Shown here: piece after piece, positions 1 to 9,679 of the stretch
Layout: every line of letters begins with the position of its first letter
Numbering within the stretch: the stretch's first letter is position 1
Program-made: the position numbers and the translations under genes
The notes under the pieces: generated by a model
What the model was told of the DNA's origin: nothing
The model's input: the letters and a program-made list of their open reading frames with translations, nothing else
Databases searched by the model: none
Origin: Eubacteriales bacterium
Lineage (GTDB): Bacteria; Bacillota; Clostridia; Oscillospirales; JAAYOS01
DNA: 64,000 bases
Reading direction: 5' to 3'
NCBI GenBank assembly: GCA_050950785.1
Contig: JBMNIG010000029.1
Location: forward strand, 63,023-127,022

Positions 1-464
1 AGGCAGAGCTTGGGAGTATTGCGGCAGGAGAGCATTCCCATGAGGGGAAGTCCGACGATTTGGAGATATATACAGATCCCTGGCAGGCTGAACTTTTCGT
101 CAATGAAACCGGGGTGGATGCATTAGCTGTTTCGATCGGTACTGTACATGGTTTGTATAAGGGCGTGCCAAACATTCGAGTCGATATATTAAAGGTAATT
201 GCGGAAAAAGTCAAAATCCCCCTGGTAATGCATGGTGGGTCGGGTGTTCCGGAAAAAACCATAACAGAATGTATAAAGAACGGTATTAGAAAAATCAATG
301 TCAATACAGAGATATCGGTCTATGCCGTTGATAAAATCGCTGAAGTATTCAGCAAAGGAGGCAGGCCCCATCTTTCGGTCTTAGGAGCAATGACCGAACG
401 GAATGTACGGGAGGTGGTGTCAAAGTACATAAGATTTTTTGGCCAAAAGCCAACGGATGTGTAA
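1..464 (+). CDS. class II (FbaA/GatY/KbaY-type) ketose-bisphosphate aldolase, C-terminal part; 5' end off-window
   Basis: The frame is open from nt 3. The translation ...AELGSIAAGEHSHEG...VDALAVSIGTVHGLY...PLVMHGGSGVP...KINVNTE resembles the conserved C-terminal half of class II aldolases. Stop TAA at 462-464. Confidence 0.8.
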   Translation, partial: AELGSIAAGEHSHEGKSDDLEIYTDPWQAELFVNETGVDALAVSIGTVHGLYKGVPNIRVDILKVIAEKVKIPLVMHGGSGVPEKTITECIKNGIRKINVNTEISVYAVDKIAEVFSKGGRPHLSVLGAMTERNVREVVSKYIRFFGQKPTDV

Positions 465-500
465 GTCAATTACAGGCATAAGTATTTAGGAGGGTATGCT

Positions 501-1874
501 ATGTCTTTGACGGTATTACTTATTGGATTCGTTGTATCATTGGCGTTTGTGCTGGTAACGATCATCAAATTTAAGCTCCATCCAATTGTAGCGCTGTTTC
601 TTGGTGCCATTCTGATGGGAATCATCGGAGGCCTTACATTGCCGGATACCGCGGCAAAAATTGCATCAGGTTTTGGCAGCACTCTTGGTGGAATCGGAAT
701 CATAATCCTATGGGGTGTCGTGCTCGGCAACTTGTTGCACAAATCCGGTTGTACCGAAGAGATCGCAGCTACGATGCTTCGGTTGACCGGTGAAAAACGT
801 GCACCTACTGCAACCATGCTGACAGGATTTCTCGTGTCCATCCCTGTTTTCTTTGATGCGGCATTTGTAATTCTGGTAAATTTGATAAAGCAGCTATCCC
901 GAAAAGGGAAGATACCCTTTATAACATTGGTAACATCCCTTGCTATCGGACTTATAACCACACATGCAATGGTTATCCCAACCCCAGGTCCTCTAGCTGT
1001 TGCCGGTGCTATGAACATAAATCTCGGAGCATTTTTTGTGTATGGTGCGATTATTGCGTTGATCGGGGCTACTTTGGGCGGCGTTGTTTACGCAAAAGCA
1101 ATTGGTAAAATCCCGAGCAATTCTGCCTACTATGAGGGAGATGATTTAGCAGGGGACGACAGCATCAACACAACAGACAAAAAGCCATCCGGCGGGCTGG
1201 GAATTTTCTTGATTTTCTTTCCCATTGCCCTCATACTTATCGGAACCCTCGGAAAGCAGTTTATTACGGAAGGGTCATTTGTCCATCAGCTCTTTGCCTT
1301 CATTGGAGACAAAAATATTGCCCTTTTGGTTGGAGTGTTGGTGGCATTTTTTGCTCTACGTCCATACCTCAAAGAGAAATTCGAAAGCTTCATTACCGAG
1401 TCTGCGACCCAGTCGGGAATTATTTTGCTGATTACGGGGGCAGGCGGTGCATTCGGAGCGGTCATTAATGGCACCGGTATAGGTGATAAATTAGTAGAAG
1501 GGATGTCCGGTTGGACTTCCACGTCTACAACCATACTTTTGATATTGATTGCATGGGCTATCAGCCAGATACTTCGTGCTGCCCAAGGCTCAACGACTGT
1601 AGCATTGGTCACAACCTCTGCGATTCTTGCGCCGCTGGTCGCTTCACTTGGCACGGTTTCGCCCGTCCTCGTAGGACTTGCGATTTGCGCCGGAGGCATA
1701 GGTGTATCATTGCCAAACGATTCAGGCTTCTGGGTAGTAAACCGCTTTGCAAACTTCTCATTGAAACAGACGATCCAGACATGGACTATCGGAGGTACGA
1801 TTGCAGGATTAGGCGGACTTGCAGTTTGCATTATATTATCACTGTTCCAAAATGTACTTCCCGGACTCTTGTAA
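501..1874 (+). CDS. GntP-family acid-sugar:H+ permease
   Basis: 457-aa polytopic membrane ORF with a central hydrophilic loop (YYEGDDLAGDDSINTTDKK). GAGGAFGAVI and SLPNDSGFWVV segments are typical of the GntP family. RBS taggaggg lies upstream of ATG 501. Confidence 0.85.
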   Translation: MSLTVLLIGFVVSLAFVLVTIIKFKLHPIVALFLGAILMGIIGGLTLPDTAAKIASGFGSTLGGIGIIILWGVVLGNLLHKSGCTEEIAATMLRLTGEKRAPTATMLTGFLVSIPVFFDAAFVILVNLIKQLSRKGKIPFITLVTSLAIGLITTHAMVIPTPGPLAVAGAMNINLGAFFVYGAIIALIGATLGGVVYAKAIGKIPSNSAYYEGDDLAGDDSINTTDKKPSGGLGIFLIFFPIALILIGTLGKQFITEGSFVHQLFAFIGDKNIALLVGVLVAFFALRPYLKEKFESFITESATQSGIILLITGAGGAFGAVINGTGIGDKLVEGMSGWTSTSTTILLILIAWAISQILRAAQGSTTVALVTTSAILAPLVASLGTVSPVLVGLAICAGGIGVSLPNDSGFWVVNRFANFSLKQTIQTWTIGGTIAGLGGLAVCIILSLFQNVLPGLL

Positions 1875-1913
1875 CATAGGTTTTCTAATTAGAAAACTTG
1901 TCGGTACGACGCT

Positions 1914-3455
1914 ATGCAAAAGGAGTCATCAATGGTCTATGTAATTTCACTTGACGTTGGCACGTCAAGTATGCGCGCGATTTTGTATAACAAGTACGGC
2001 GAGATTTTGGTTTCATTCGGGTATGAGTACCACACAGTGTTTCCACGGCCTTCATATGTGGAACAGGACCCTGCTACATGGGAATATGCAGCAGTAAAGG
2101 TTCTGTCCGATATGGCAGAGTATATAAATGACAAAGGCATTTTTGCTTCAGTAATTTCCGTGACATCGCAAAGAGCATCATTGATACCTGTTGGAGCAAC
2201 TGGCAAACCGCTTTATAATGCAATTATGTGGCAGGATAAGCGGACGATCGATATATGCCACAGGCTGGAAAATGAATACGGCCTTAAGTATCTGTATAGA
2301 AAAACAGGCCTTCGGGTAAATCCATTCTTTGTTCTAAACAAGCTCATTTGGCTACGTGAAAACGAACCGGGAATATTTGCAGATTCAGTAAAGTTTGTAG
2401 GAGTTCAGGACTATGTTATCCACTTTCTGACGGGTGAATATGTCACAGACTGGACGCAGGCAAGCCGAACGATGTTGATGGATTTGAAAGAGCTTCGCTG
2501 GGACGAAGACCTGTTGCGACTAGCCGGTATCGGAGCAGACAAACTCTGCAGACTAGATCCACCAGGCACCTATGCCGGAAAGTTACTTAAAACAATAGCC
2601 GACCGGTGTGGTTTGCCATCGGGCCTGCCTGTAATCATATCGGGTGGGGATCAGCAAAACGCTGCACTTGCGTTGGGTGTTACTCGACCGGGAATGGCGG
2701 AGGCAAATACGGGAACAGGTTCATTTTTGCTCTCGTATACCGACAAGCCGGTATTTGACGACGAGTGTAGAGTGATTTGTCAGGCAGGTGCGAGCGCTGG
2801 CAGCTATGTGACCGAAACCGCAATATTTAATACCGGTTCGATATTTCGCTGGTTCAAAGAACAGTTTTGCCCTGACTACGTGGAAGCTGACGACCCATAT
2901 GATAGGATGTGCCAAGAGGCTGATAAGGAAGTCTATGATGGTGACGGCATTGTAATGCTGCCGCACTTTGAAGGTAGTGCTGCACCCAACTGGAATCCTA
3001 AGGCCAAGGGCGTTTTCTTCAATCTTGGCCTTGCTTCCACAAGGGGTATGATGATTCGTTCGATCATGGAAGGGATCGCTCTTGAGATTGCCGAGAATTT
3101 GGAGCTGATGCGATCCCTTATCGGTGATATCGACGAAGTGCATGTTGCAGGCGGGATGACGCGAAGCGATCTGTTTTGTTCAATGCAGGCTTCGGCGTAT
3201 GGAACTAAAGTTGTCCGTCGCAGAAACCCTGAAGCAAGCTCCCTTGGAGCCTGTTGCAATGCAATGGTGGCACTAGGAGTATATAACTCGCCCGAACACT
3301 TCTTAGCCGAAATCAGAACTGCTGACAATAAAGGTAATGATGAATTTTTACCCGATGCGAAAGCACGATCAAAGTACAAAAGTCTTATGCAAAAAAGAAA
3401 AGCCCTCTACAGTGCTTTGGATAGTAATAAGGTGTATGATCTATTTATGAGTTAA
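1914..3455 (+). CDS. FGGY-family carbohydrate kinase (xylulokinase/glycerol-kinase-like)
   Basis: 513-aa ORF with the N-terminal LDVGTSSMRAILY sugar-kinase motif and a C-terminal GGMTRSDLFCSMQASAYG motif. The start could be ATG 1914 or ATG 1932. Confidence 0.85.
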   Translation: MQKESSMVYVISLDVGTSSMRAILYNKYGEILVSFGYEYHTVFPRPSYVEQDPATWEYAAVKVLSDMAEYINDKGIFASVISVTSQRASLIPVGATGKPLYNAIMWQDKRTIDICHRLENEYGLKYLYRKTGLRVNPFFVLNKLIWLRENEPGIFADSVKFVGVQDYVIHFLTGEYVTDWTQASRTMLMDLKELRWDEDLLRLAGIGADKLCRLDPPGTYAGKLLKTIADRCGLPSGLPVIISGGDQQNAALALGVTRPGMAEANTGTGSFLLSYTDKPVFDDECRVICQAGASAGSYVTETAIFNTGSIFRWFKEQFCPDYVEADDPYDRMCQEADKEVYDGDGIVMLPHFEGSAAPNWNPKAKGVFFNLGLASTRGMMIRSIMEGIALEIAENLELMRSLIGDIDEVHVAGGMTRSDLFCSMQASAYGTKVVRRRNPEASSLGACCNAMVALGVYNSPEHFLAEIRTADNKGNDEFLPDAKARSKYKSLMQKRKALYSALDSNKVYDLFMS

Positions 3456-3475
3456 GTGATACATACCACGTAAAA

Positions 3476-3515
3476 AGAGCACCGAAACAGGATTTTGATC
3501 TTGTTTCGGTGCTCT
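3476..3515. terminator. bidirectional rho-independent terminator between convergent genes
   Basis: 16-bp stem AGAGCACCGAAACAGG / CTTGTTTCGGTGCTCT with an 8-nt loop. An A-tract lies 5' (taaaaag) and a T-rich tail 3' (atattt). It sits between the kinase (+) and the CNNM gene (-). Confidence 0.7.
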
Positions 3516-3654
3516 ATATTTACAGATGTTAAAATGTTATTCTACCTTAAGTATTATGCTGTTGGTATTTTACTGTGAGCACAGTACTGTGAGTATAGCT
3601 ATGTGGCAACGTTGCTGTCAATTACGAATTTTCAGCATAGCCTATAAGACAAAA

Positions 3655-4920
3655 CTACTCCTGCTCTTCTTCAAAAACAGGACTTACTTTCACATACAAC
3701 TTTTCAACCCTGCGGCCATCAAGCTCAGTAACTGTCACAGTAAGATTTTTATATTCAAAAGTGTCGCCGACATTCGGAAATCCGTCAAACATTTCGATCG
3801 CCCATCCTCCGACTGTGGTGTACTCGCTGTCAAAGTCGCGGTCATCGATGTCCATATACTCGAGAAAATCATATATCGACATATCACCGCTTACTTCATA
3901 ACTGTTCTCGCTCACCAATACAAATTCATTTGTGATTTCGTCGCTTTCATCCCAAATATCTCCAACAAGCTCCTCAAGGATGTCCTCCATTGTCACGCAA
4001 CCCATGGTGCCGCCGTATTCGTCGGTGACAATGGCCATTTCAAGTTTCCTTTTCTGAAGTTCGGAAAATGCATCAGGGAGCTTCATGGTTTTGTGTATAT
4101 AGCAGACATCGATCAAAATCGAACGAATATCTATTTCATCGGACTGGACAAGGTGCTTTAGGAAGTGTTCGGTGTGAAGGATTCCGATAATGTTGTCAAT
4201 AGAATCATCGTAGACAGGGATCCTTGAAAAATTCGATTCTATGACGGTATCAGCTATTGATTCAATTGAGTCGTTGATGTCTACTGATACCATATCGATG
4301 CGAGGTGTGATGACTTCTTCAACGGTTATGTCGGAAAACTCAAGAACGGACTGCAACAGGTCGCTTCTGTCCTCATCGATTATTCCGTTGTCCTTTACAT
4401 TTTCTATCAGAGTGACAAGTTCCTCTTCGGTCACGGAGGGCTCCTTCTCGTTGCCATCGCCCCAGAGCTTTGAAACTTTGTCAACGATCCAGACAACTAC
4501 TCTGATTATGGGTTTAAGGACAAACATTAGAATTCGCAAAGGATAAGATACCAGCAGTGTTATTTTGAAATTGTTTTGCCGTGCAATTATCTTGGGTGTT
4601 ATCTCTCCGCATATAAGTATTAAAGCGGTCATCACTAGCGTAGAGACCCCGGCCCCGGCATTACCGATCATATCTATCAAGATAACTGTGGCTACTGCTG
4701 AAGCTGCAATATTTACAAGGTTGTTACCGATAAGTATGGTTGACAACGCATCGTCGTAATGCTCATAGATATACATTGCAATTTTAGCACGCTTGTCGCC
4801 ATTTTCTAAGGCCACTTTCAGCTTGGTTTTGCTGACAGAGGTGTATGCTATTTCCGTTCCCGAAAAGAACGCGGACAGAAGGAGAAGAATAACTATCGCA
4901 ATAAAAGGCCATATGTCCAT
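3655..4920 (-). CDS. CNNM/TlyC-family membrane protein (DUF21 + CBS pair + CorC_HlyC domain)
   Basis: 421 aa. The N-terminal TM region has SGTEIAYTS and LIGNNLVNIA. A CBS pair (RIPVYDDSIDNIIGILH; EMAIVTDEYGGTMGCVTMEDILEELVGDIWDE) is followed by a C-terminal CorC_HlyC-like segment. Confidence 0.85.
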   Translation of the reverse strand: MDIWPFIAIVILLLLSAFFSGTEIAYTSVSKTKLKVALENGDKRAKIAMYIYEHYDDALSTILIGNNLVNIAASAVATVILIDMIGNAGAGVSTLVMTALILICGEITPKIIARQNNFKITLLVSYPLRILMFVLKPIIRVVVWIVDKVSKLWGDGNEKEPSVTEEELVTLIENVKDNGIIDEDRSDLLQSVLEFSDITVEEVITPRIDMVSVDINDSIESIADTVIESNFSRIPVYDDSIDNIIGILHTEHFLKHLVQSDEIDIRSILIDVCYIHKTMKLPDAFSELQKRKLEMAIVTDEYGGTMGCVTMEDILEELVGDIWDESDEITNEFVLVSENSYEVSGDMSIYDFLEYMDIDDRDFDSEYTTVGGWAIEMFDGFPNVGDTFEYKNLTVTVTELDGRRVEKLYVKVSPVFEEEQE

Positions 4921-4965
4921 TATTATTTAATTCACTCCAAATATGAATAATGAGGTAAACCCAAT

Positions 4966-5999
4966 TTACAGCGCCTGCGGAGAAGCTAATTGCGGTTTTG
5001 ATTCACTGACTACATCATCTTCGTCCCAAATGTCGCCCACAAGTTCTTCAAGTATATCCTCAATTGTTATGATACCAAGTGTCTTGTCCGCGTGGTCGAC
5101 CACAACAGCCATATGGAGCTTCTTTGTGCTCATTTCATGGAGGAGGTCGTTTATACATGTAGTGCTGCTTGTCATATGTGCGTTTATTAGCAGATTCCGC
5201 ATGTCAAACTCTTTATGCTTCAATATGTATTTAAGGAAGTCTCTGACATGCAGTATTCCAATTATATTGTCCAAATTGTTTTCATATACAGGCAGCCTTG
5301 AGTATTTGACCGACTTGATTGTTTGCAGGACTTCTTCTGCTGTGGAGTTTACTTCGATCGCAATTACATTTTCCCTTGGGGTAAAAACATCTCCCACGGC
5401 AACTTCGTCAAAGCTAAGGGCTGAGCGCACAAGTACTTGCTTCTCCTTGTCCAGGACCCCTTCCTCTTCAGCAGTTTCAATTATATCGAGAAATTCCTCT
5501 TCGGTTATTACAGATTCATCATCTGCCGGGAAGAGCTTTGTCAGGGTCTTGGATATGTACATAAATAAAAAAGTCACCGGCGATAGGATCCTCATAATAA
5601 AGTGCAATGATCCCGAAACTGCCAACACAAACTTATCACTGTTTGCTTTAGCAATGCTCTTAGGTATCATTTCACTAAAGAGGAAGACATGCACAGTGCT
5701 TACTATGGTCAAATATTTAACTGATTGTACACCCCAAATCTGGGTGGCTATCAAAGTAACAAGGGCAGCAAAAGCTATATGCGTGATATTATTTCCAATC
5801 AAAAGTGTGGTTATTGCACGATCAAAATTATTGGAAATTTTCAACGCAAGTTTTGCACGCTTATCTCCGTTGTCCCGCAAGGGTTCTGGATGCGGAGCTT
5901 GTTCATCGCAGCAAATGAAGTTTCAGTTGCGGCAAAGTATGCCGCTCCAAGTGTAAGTGCTACTAATGACAGGATTCGCAACCAACCGTCACTATCCAT
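4966..5999 (-). pseudogene. second CNNM/TlyC paralogue (DUF21 + CBS pair, no CorC_HlyC tail), split by a 1-nt frameshift
   Basis: The 304-aa ORF 4966-5880 starts mid-domain (RDNGDKRAKLAL...LIGNNITHIA...). The missing N-terminus MDSDGWLRILSLVALTLGAAYFAATETSFAAMNKLRIQN is encoded from ATG 5999 in another frame, which stops at 5841. Adding one C to the CCC run (+ strand GGG 5881-5883) joins the two frames as ...IQNPLRDNGDKRAK... Confidence 0.7.
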
Positions 6000-6325
6000 T
6001 TATGGAACCAACTCCCTTTCAAATAAAAATATAAACAACAAATGGAACTGTTTATCATTTATAATATTCATTATGCATGATTTTGTCAAGTATGCATTTC
6101 CGGTATGGTTCGGTCTATCCGGAGTGATCTACTATTCATTTTTTCTGTACAATTATGTCTATATGCATCGATTTGCTGAACGCTACTTTATTCTTTCTGC
6201 AGTATTGTTTTATGGAGTTGGTGGTATTGTTCACAATTTATTCACATTTTGCTGTTATATTTTTTCGGTATAGATAATGTATAATAAATGAAAAACAGCA
6301 ATCTGAAAGCGGGAGTTGAGGCTAA

Positions 6326-7384
6326 TTGATTGAAGTCAAAAATTTAACGAAGGTATATGGCGACCACACTGCTGTGTCAGATTTAACATTTACAGTTTCA
6401 AGCGGACAAATCTACGGCTTTCTTGGGCCTAACGGGGCAGGAAAAACTACCACTATGAACATAATTACGGGTTGTCTTGCTGCGACTTCAGGAAGTGTCT
6501 CAATCAACGGATATGATATCTTTGAGGATGCAGAGAAAGCAAAAAAGCTTATTGGTTATCTGCCCGAGGAGCCGCCGCTCTATCCCGATATGACTCCGTA
6601 TGAATACCTCGACTTTGTTGCAAAAGCAAAGCGAGTACCGAAGTCGGAAAGGGAAAACAAAGTTGATGAGGTAATGAAGGTCACGCGAATCACTTCGGTT
6701 GCGGACAGGCTTATAAAAAACCTGTCCAAAGGTTACAGGCAGCGTGTAGGCATAGCGCAGGCACTGATAGGCGATCCTGAAATAATCATACTAGATGAGC
6801 CTACTGTAGGACTTGATCCAAAACAGATAATTGAGATAAGGGAACTTATAAAGAGTCTGGGAGAAAAGCATACAGTCATATTGAGCAGCCACATCCTGTC
6901 TGAGGTTCGTGCTTTATGTGACAACATTATGATCATCTCCCGTGGTAAACTTGTGGCCTGTGATACTCCGGAAAATCTTGAGAGGCTTTTTTCGGGTACC
7001 ACCACGATCGAGATGACTGTTAAGGCGGAAGAGGATCAGGTCAGAAGTGCCCTGTCCGGAATAATCAATATCCTGGATATTCATTATTCAAAGACAGGCG
7101 AAGATGGCAGGGCTGAGGTGACTATTACCACAGACGGTAAAGAGGATATTAGCGAGAAGGTGTTTTTTGCGTTTTGTGATATCCGCCGGCCGATACTTAG
7201 GATGAACCATGTTCATGCAAGCCTTGAAGATGTATTTGTTGAACTGACTTCTGCAAAGGACGGGGCTAAGATATACGATGAAAAACAAGCCCAGTCCGAA
7301 ATTACGGATGATTTGTGGGATGATCCTCAGGACGTATCCATGGGAGCAGACGCTGAGAAACTTGCTGATGAGGGGGGAAAATGA
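6326..7384 (+). CDS. ABC transporter ATP-binding protein (ABC-2/GldA-like subfamily) with acidic C-terminal tail
   Basis: Walker A GPNGAGKTT, signature LSKGYRQRV, Walker B IIILDEPT. TTG start at 6326 after gggagttgagg. Confidence 0.9.
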   Translation: MIEVKNLTKVYGDHTAVSDLTFTVSSGQIYGFLGPNGAGKTTTMNIITGCLAATSGSVSINGYDIFEDAEKAKKLIGYLPEEPPLYPDMTPYEYLDFVAKAKRVPKSERENKVDEVMKVTRITSVADRLIKNLSKGYRQRVGIAQALIGDPEIIILDEPTVGLDPKQIIEIRELIKSLGEKHTVILSSHILSEVRALCDNIMIISRGKLVACDTPENLERLFSGTTTIEMTVKAEEDQVRSALSGIINILDIHYSKTGEDGRAEVTITTDGKEDISEKVFFAFCDIRRPILRMNHVHASLEDVFVELTSAKDGAKIYDEKQAQSEITDDLWDDPQDVSMGADAEKLADEGGK

Positions 7385-7387
7385 ACA

Positions 7388-8251
7388 GTGAGAGCCATTA
7401 TCGGACGAGAGCTTAGATCATATTATAACGGGGCAGTGGGCTATGTTTTTGCTGCCTTTATCCTGCTTTTTGTAGGGATCTATACCATGGCAATAAATCT
7501 TAAAGGTTATGTGGCCAACTTTGAGTTTTCGCTCAGTCAGATGAGTTTTGTATATCTGATAGCAATACCGATCATTACAATGCGGATGATCGCTGAGGAA
7601 AAGAGGCAGAAAACCGACCAACTTCTATATTCGCTGCCAATGGGTGTGACTAGGATCGTATTAGGTAAGTACTTTGCTTCTCTGATCGTACTTGCGGTGC
7701 CGGTGGCGATAATATGCTTTTATCCACTGATTTTGACTCTTTACGGGACAGTCAACCTTTTTAGTGCATACGGATCTATTTTGGCATTCTTTTTGCTTGG
7801 AGCCTCACTTATTTCGGTGGGAATGTTCATATCTTCAGTGACTGAAAGCCAGGTTGTGGCTGCAGTTCTCAGTTTTATTGCAATGCTGATAAATTTTTTC
7901 ATTTCTCAGCTTGCAAATCTCGTGTCGGCATCTACGATGTCGTCGTTTATTGCAATGACGATATTTGTAGTCGTGTTGGCTGTTATAATCAAGTTGCTGG
8001 TCAAGAGCGGGATCTTCGCCGTTGTTTTTGCCCTTGTCTGTGAGATAAGTTTGATCGTATCGTTCATTACGTCCCGCAGCTCCTTTGAAGGCCTGTTCCC
8101 GGCTATAATGAAGGGGATTTCAATGTTTGATCGCTTTTACAGCTTCATAGGCGGGGTCTTTGATATAACCTCAATAGTATATTTCATAATGACAAGCTTT
8201 GTATTTGTGTTCCTTACTGTTCAATCACTTGAAAAGCGGAGGTGGAACTGA
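7388..8251 (+). CDS. ABC-2 type permease (GldF-like)
   Basis: 287-aa ORF with about six hydrophobic helices. It starts 4 nt after the ATPase stop. The N-terminus MRAIIGRELRSYYNG is typical of ABC-2 permeases. Confidence 0.8.
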   Translation: MRAIIGRELRSYYNGAVGYVFAAFILLFVGIYTMAINLKGYVANFEFSLSQMSFVYLIAIPIITMRMIAEEKRQKTDQLLYSLPMGVTRIVLGKYFASLIVLAVPVAIICFYPLILTLYGTVNLFSAYGSILAFFLLGASLISVGMFISSVTESQVVAAVLSFIAMLINFFISQLANLVSASTMSSFIAMTIFVVVLAVIIKLLVKSGIFAVVFALVCEISLIVSFITSRSSFEGLFPAIMKGISMFDRFYSFIGGVFDITSIVYFIMTSFVFVFLTVQSLEKRRWN

Positions 8252-9679
8252 TGGGGGCTATAAAGTCGTTTTTCAAAAGCCGCGCATTCCGTATAGGAAT
8301 GTACAGTGCAATATCCTCTATCATAGTTATTGCCATTGCCGCGGGAGTGATCATGATCACAGATGAGCTTCCAACCACTTATACTAAGCTCGACATGACA
8401 CAAAATCAACTATACTCCATTTCTGAGCAGACCGAGAAACTCCTTGGAAACCTTGACAAGGATGTTGAGATATACCTTCTTGCTCAAAGCGGCAATGAAG
8501 ATAGCACATTGCTTAACATGCTGAAAAGATACGAAGCGATCAATGATAAAGTCAAGGTGATCCTAAAGGATCCGGTGGTGTATCCTAACTTTGTGCAGCA
8601 GTATACTACCGAAGCTGTATACGAAAATAGCGTTATTGTTGTTAGTGGCGAGAGAAGTCAGTACATCAGCTATTATGAGATCTATGTTTCGCAAATTGAT
8701 TACAGCACATATCAGAGAACCATCGATTTCTATGGTGAAAGCTGTGTTACAAGTGCTATTGATTATGTCACAAGCAGCAACCTACCAAAGGCATATTTAC
8801 TTACGGGACATGGTGAGAAAGAATTAAACACAACAGTTGACACTTTAATAGCAAAAGACAATATTGACGCCGAAACTCTGAACCTGCTCACTGTGGAGGA
8901 AGTTCCGCAGGATGCCGATTGTCTGATAGTTAACAGTCCCGCTTCCGATATCCCGCAAAGTGAGATAAAAAAGATAGAAACTTTTTTGATAAATGGTGGC
9001 AACTTGCTTCTGATTACGGATGTTACGGACATTCAAATGCCCAATATTTCTGCCATGATGAAAGACTATGGCGTTGAGGTTGGTAGACGGTATGGTGCTT
9101 GAAGGTGATCCCAATTACTGTTTAAGTATGTATACCCACTATCTTTTGCCCAAGATCGATACACATGTTATAACCAATCCGCTGAGGGATGGCGGGTATT
9201 ATGTGCTTATGCCGATTGCCTCAGGTATTATGGAGCTGGACGAGAAGCGCGATACTGTAAAGATCGATAAGTTACTTACCACGTCCGACAGTGCTTTTTC
9301 GAAGGTCGACGTTATGAACATGACATCTGCGAAAAAGGAAGAAGGGGACATCGACGGTCCATTTAGTTTGGGCGTTGCGATAACAGACTCGGCAGATCAA
9401 GTAGAAACTAAAATAGTATGGTTTACTTCATCCAGCTTATTAGAGCCCTCAATAGATGAAATGGTATCCGGGGGCAACTTCGACCTGTTTCTAAACTCCC
9501 TTAACTGGATGTGCGAAAGGGAAGAGAAGATCTCGATACATCCAAAGACGATCAAGAATGAAATACTGATGGTTCCGGCTGCTGCAGCGACCCGTTGGAG
9601 CATACTCCTTGTCGGAATCCTGCCTGCTATCTTCCTAATAGCCGGGATCAGCGTATGGGTAAGGAGGAGACGCAGATAA
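8251..9679 (+). pseudogene. GldG-like ABC-transporter auxiliary protein, interrupted by a 1-nt frameshift
   Basis: ORFs 8242-9102 and 9068-9679 are the two halves of one GldG-type protein (N-terminal TM, AYLLTGHGEKEL motif, C-terminal TM + RRRRR). The reading frame changes within 9068-9102. ATG 8251 overlaps the permease stop (ATGA). Confidence 0.7.

Noticed and set aside
4943-5956. 337-aa Ser-rich ORF (+), plus other long antisense ORFs (e.g. 470-1018 -, 3526-4161 +, 18096-18752 -, 26266-26922 -, 49632-50165 -).
   Set aside because: Each lies entirely opposite a gene with strong family motifs, has low-complexity or odd composition, and lacks an RBS. These are shadow ORFs.
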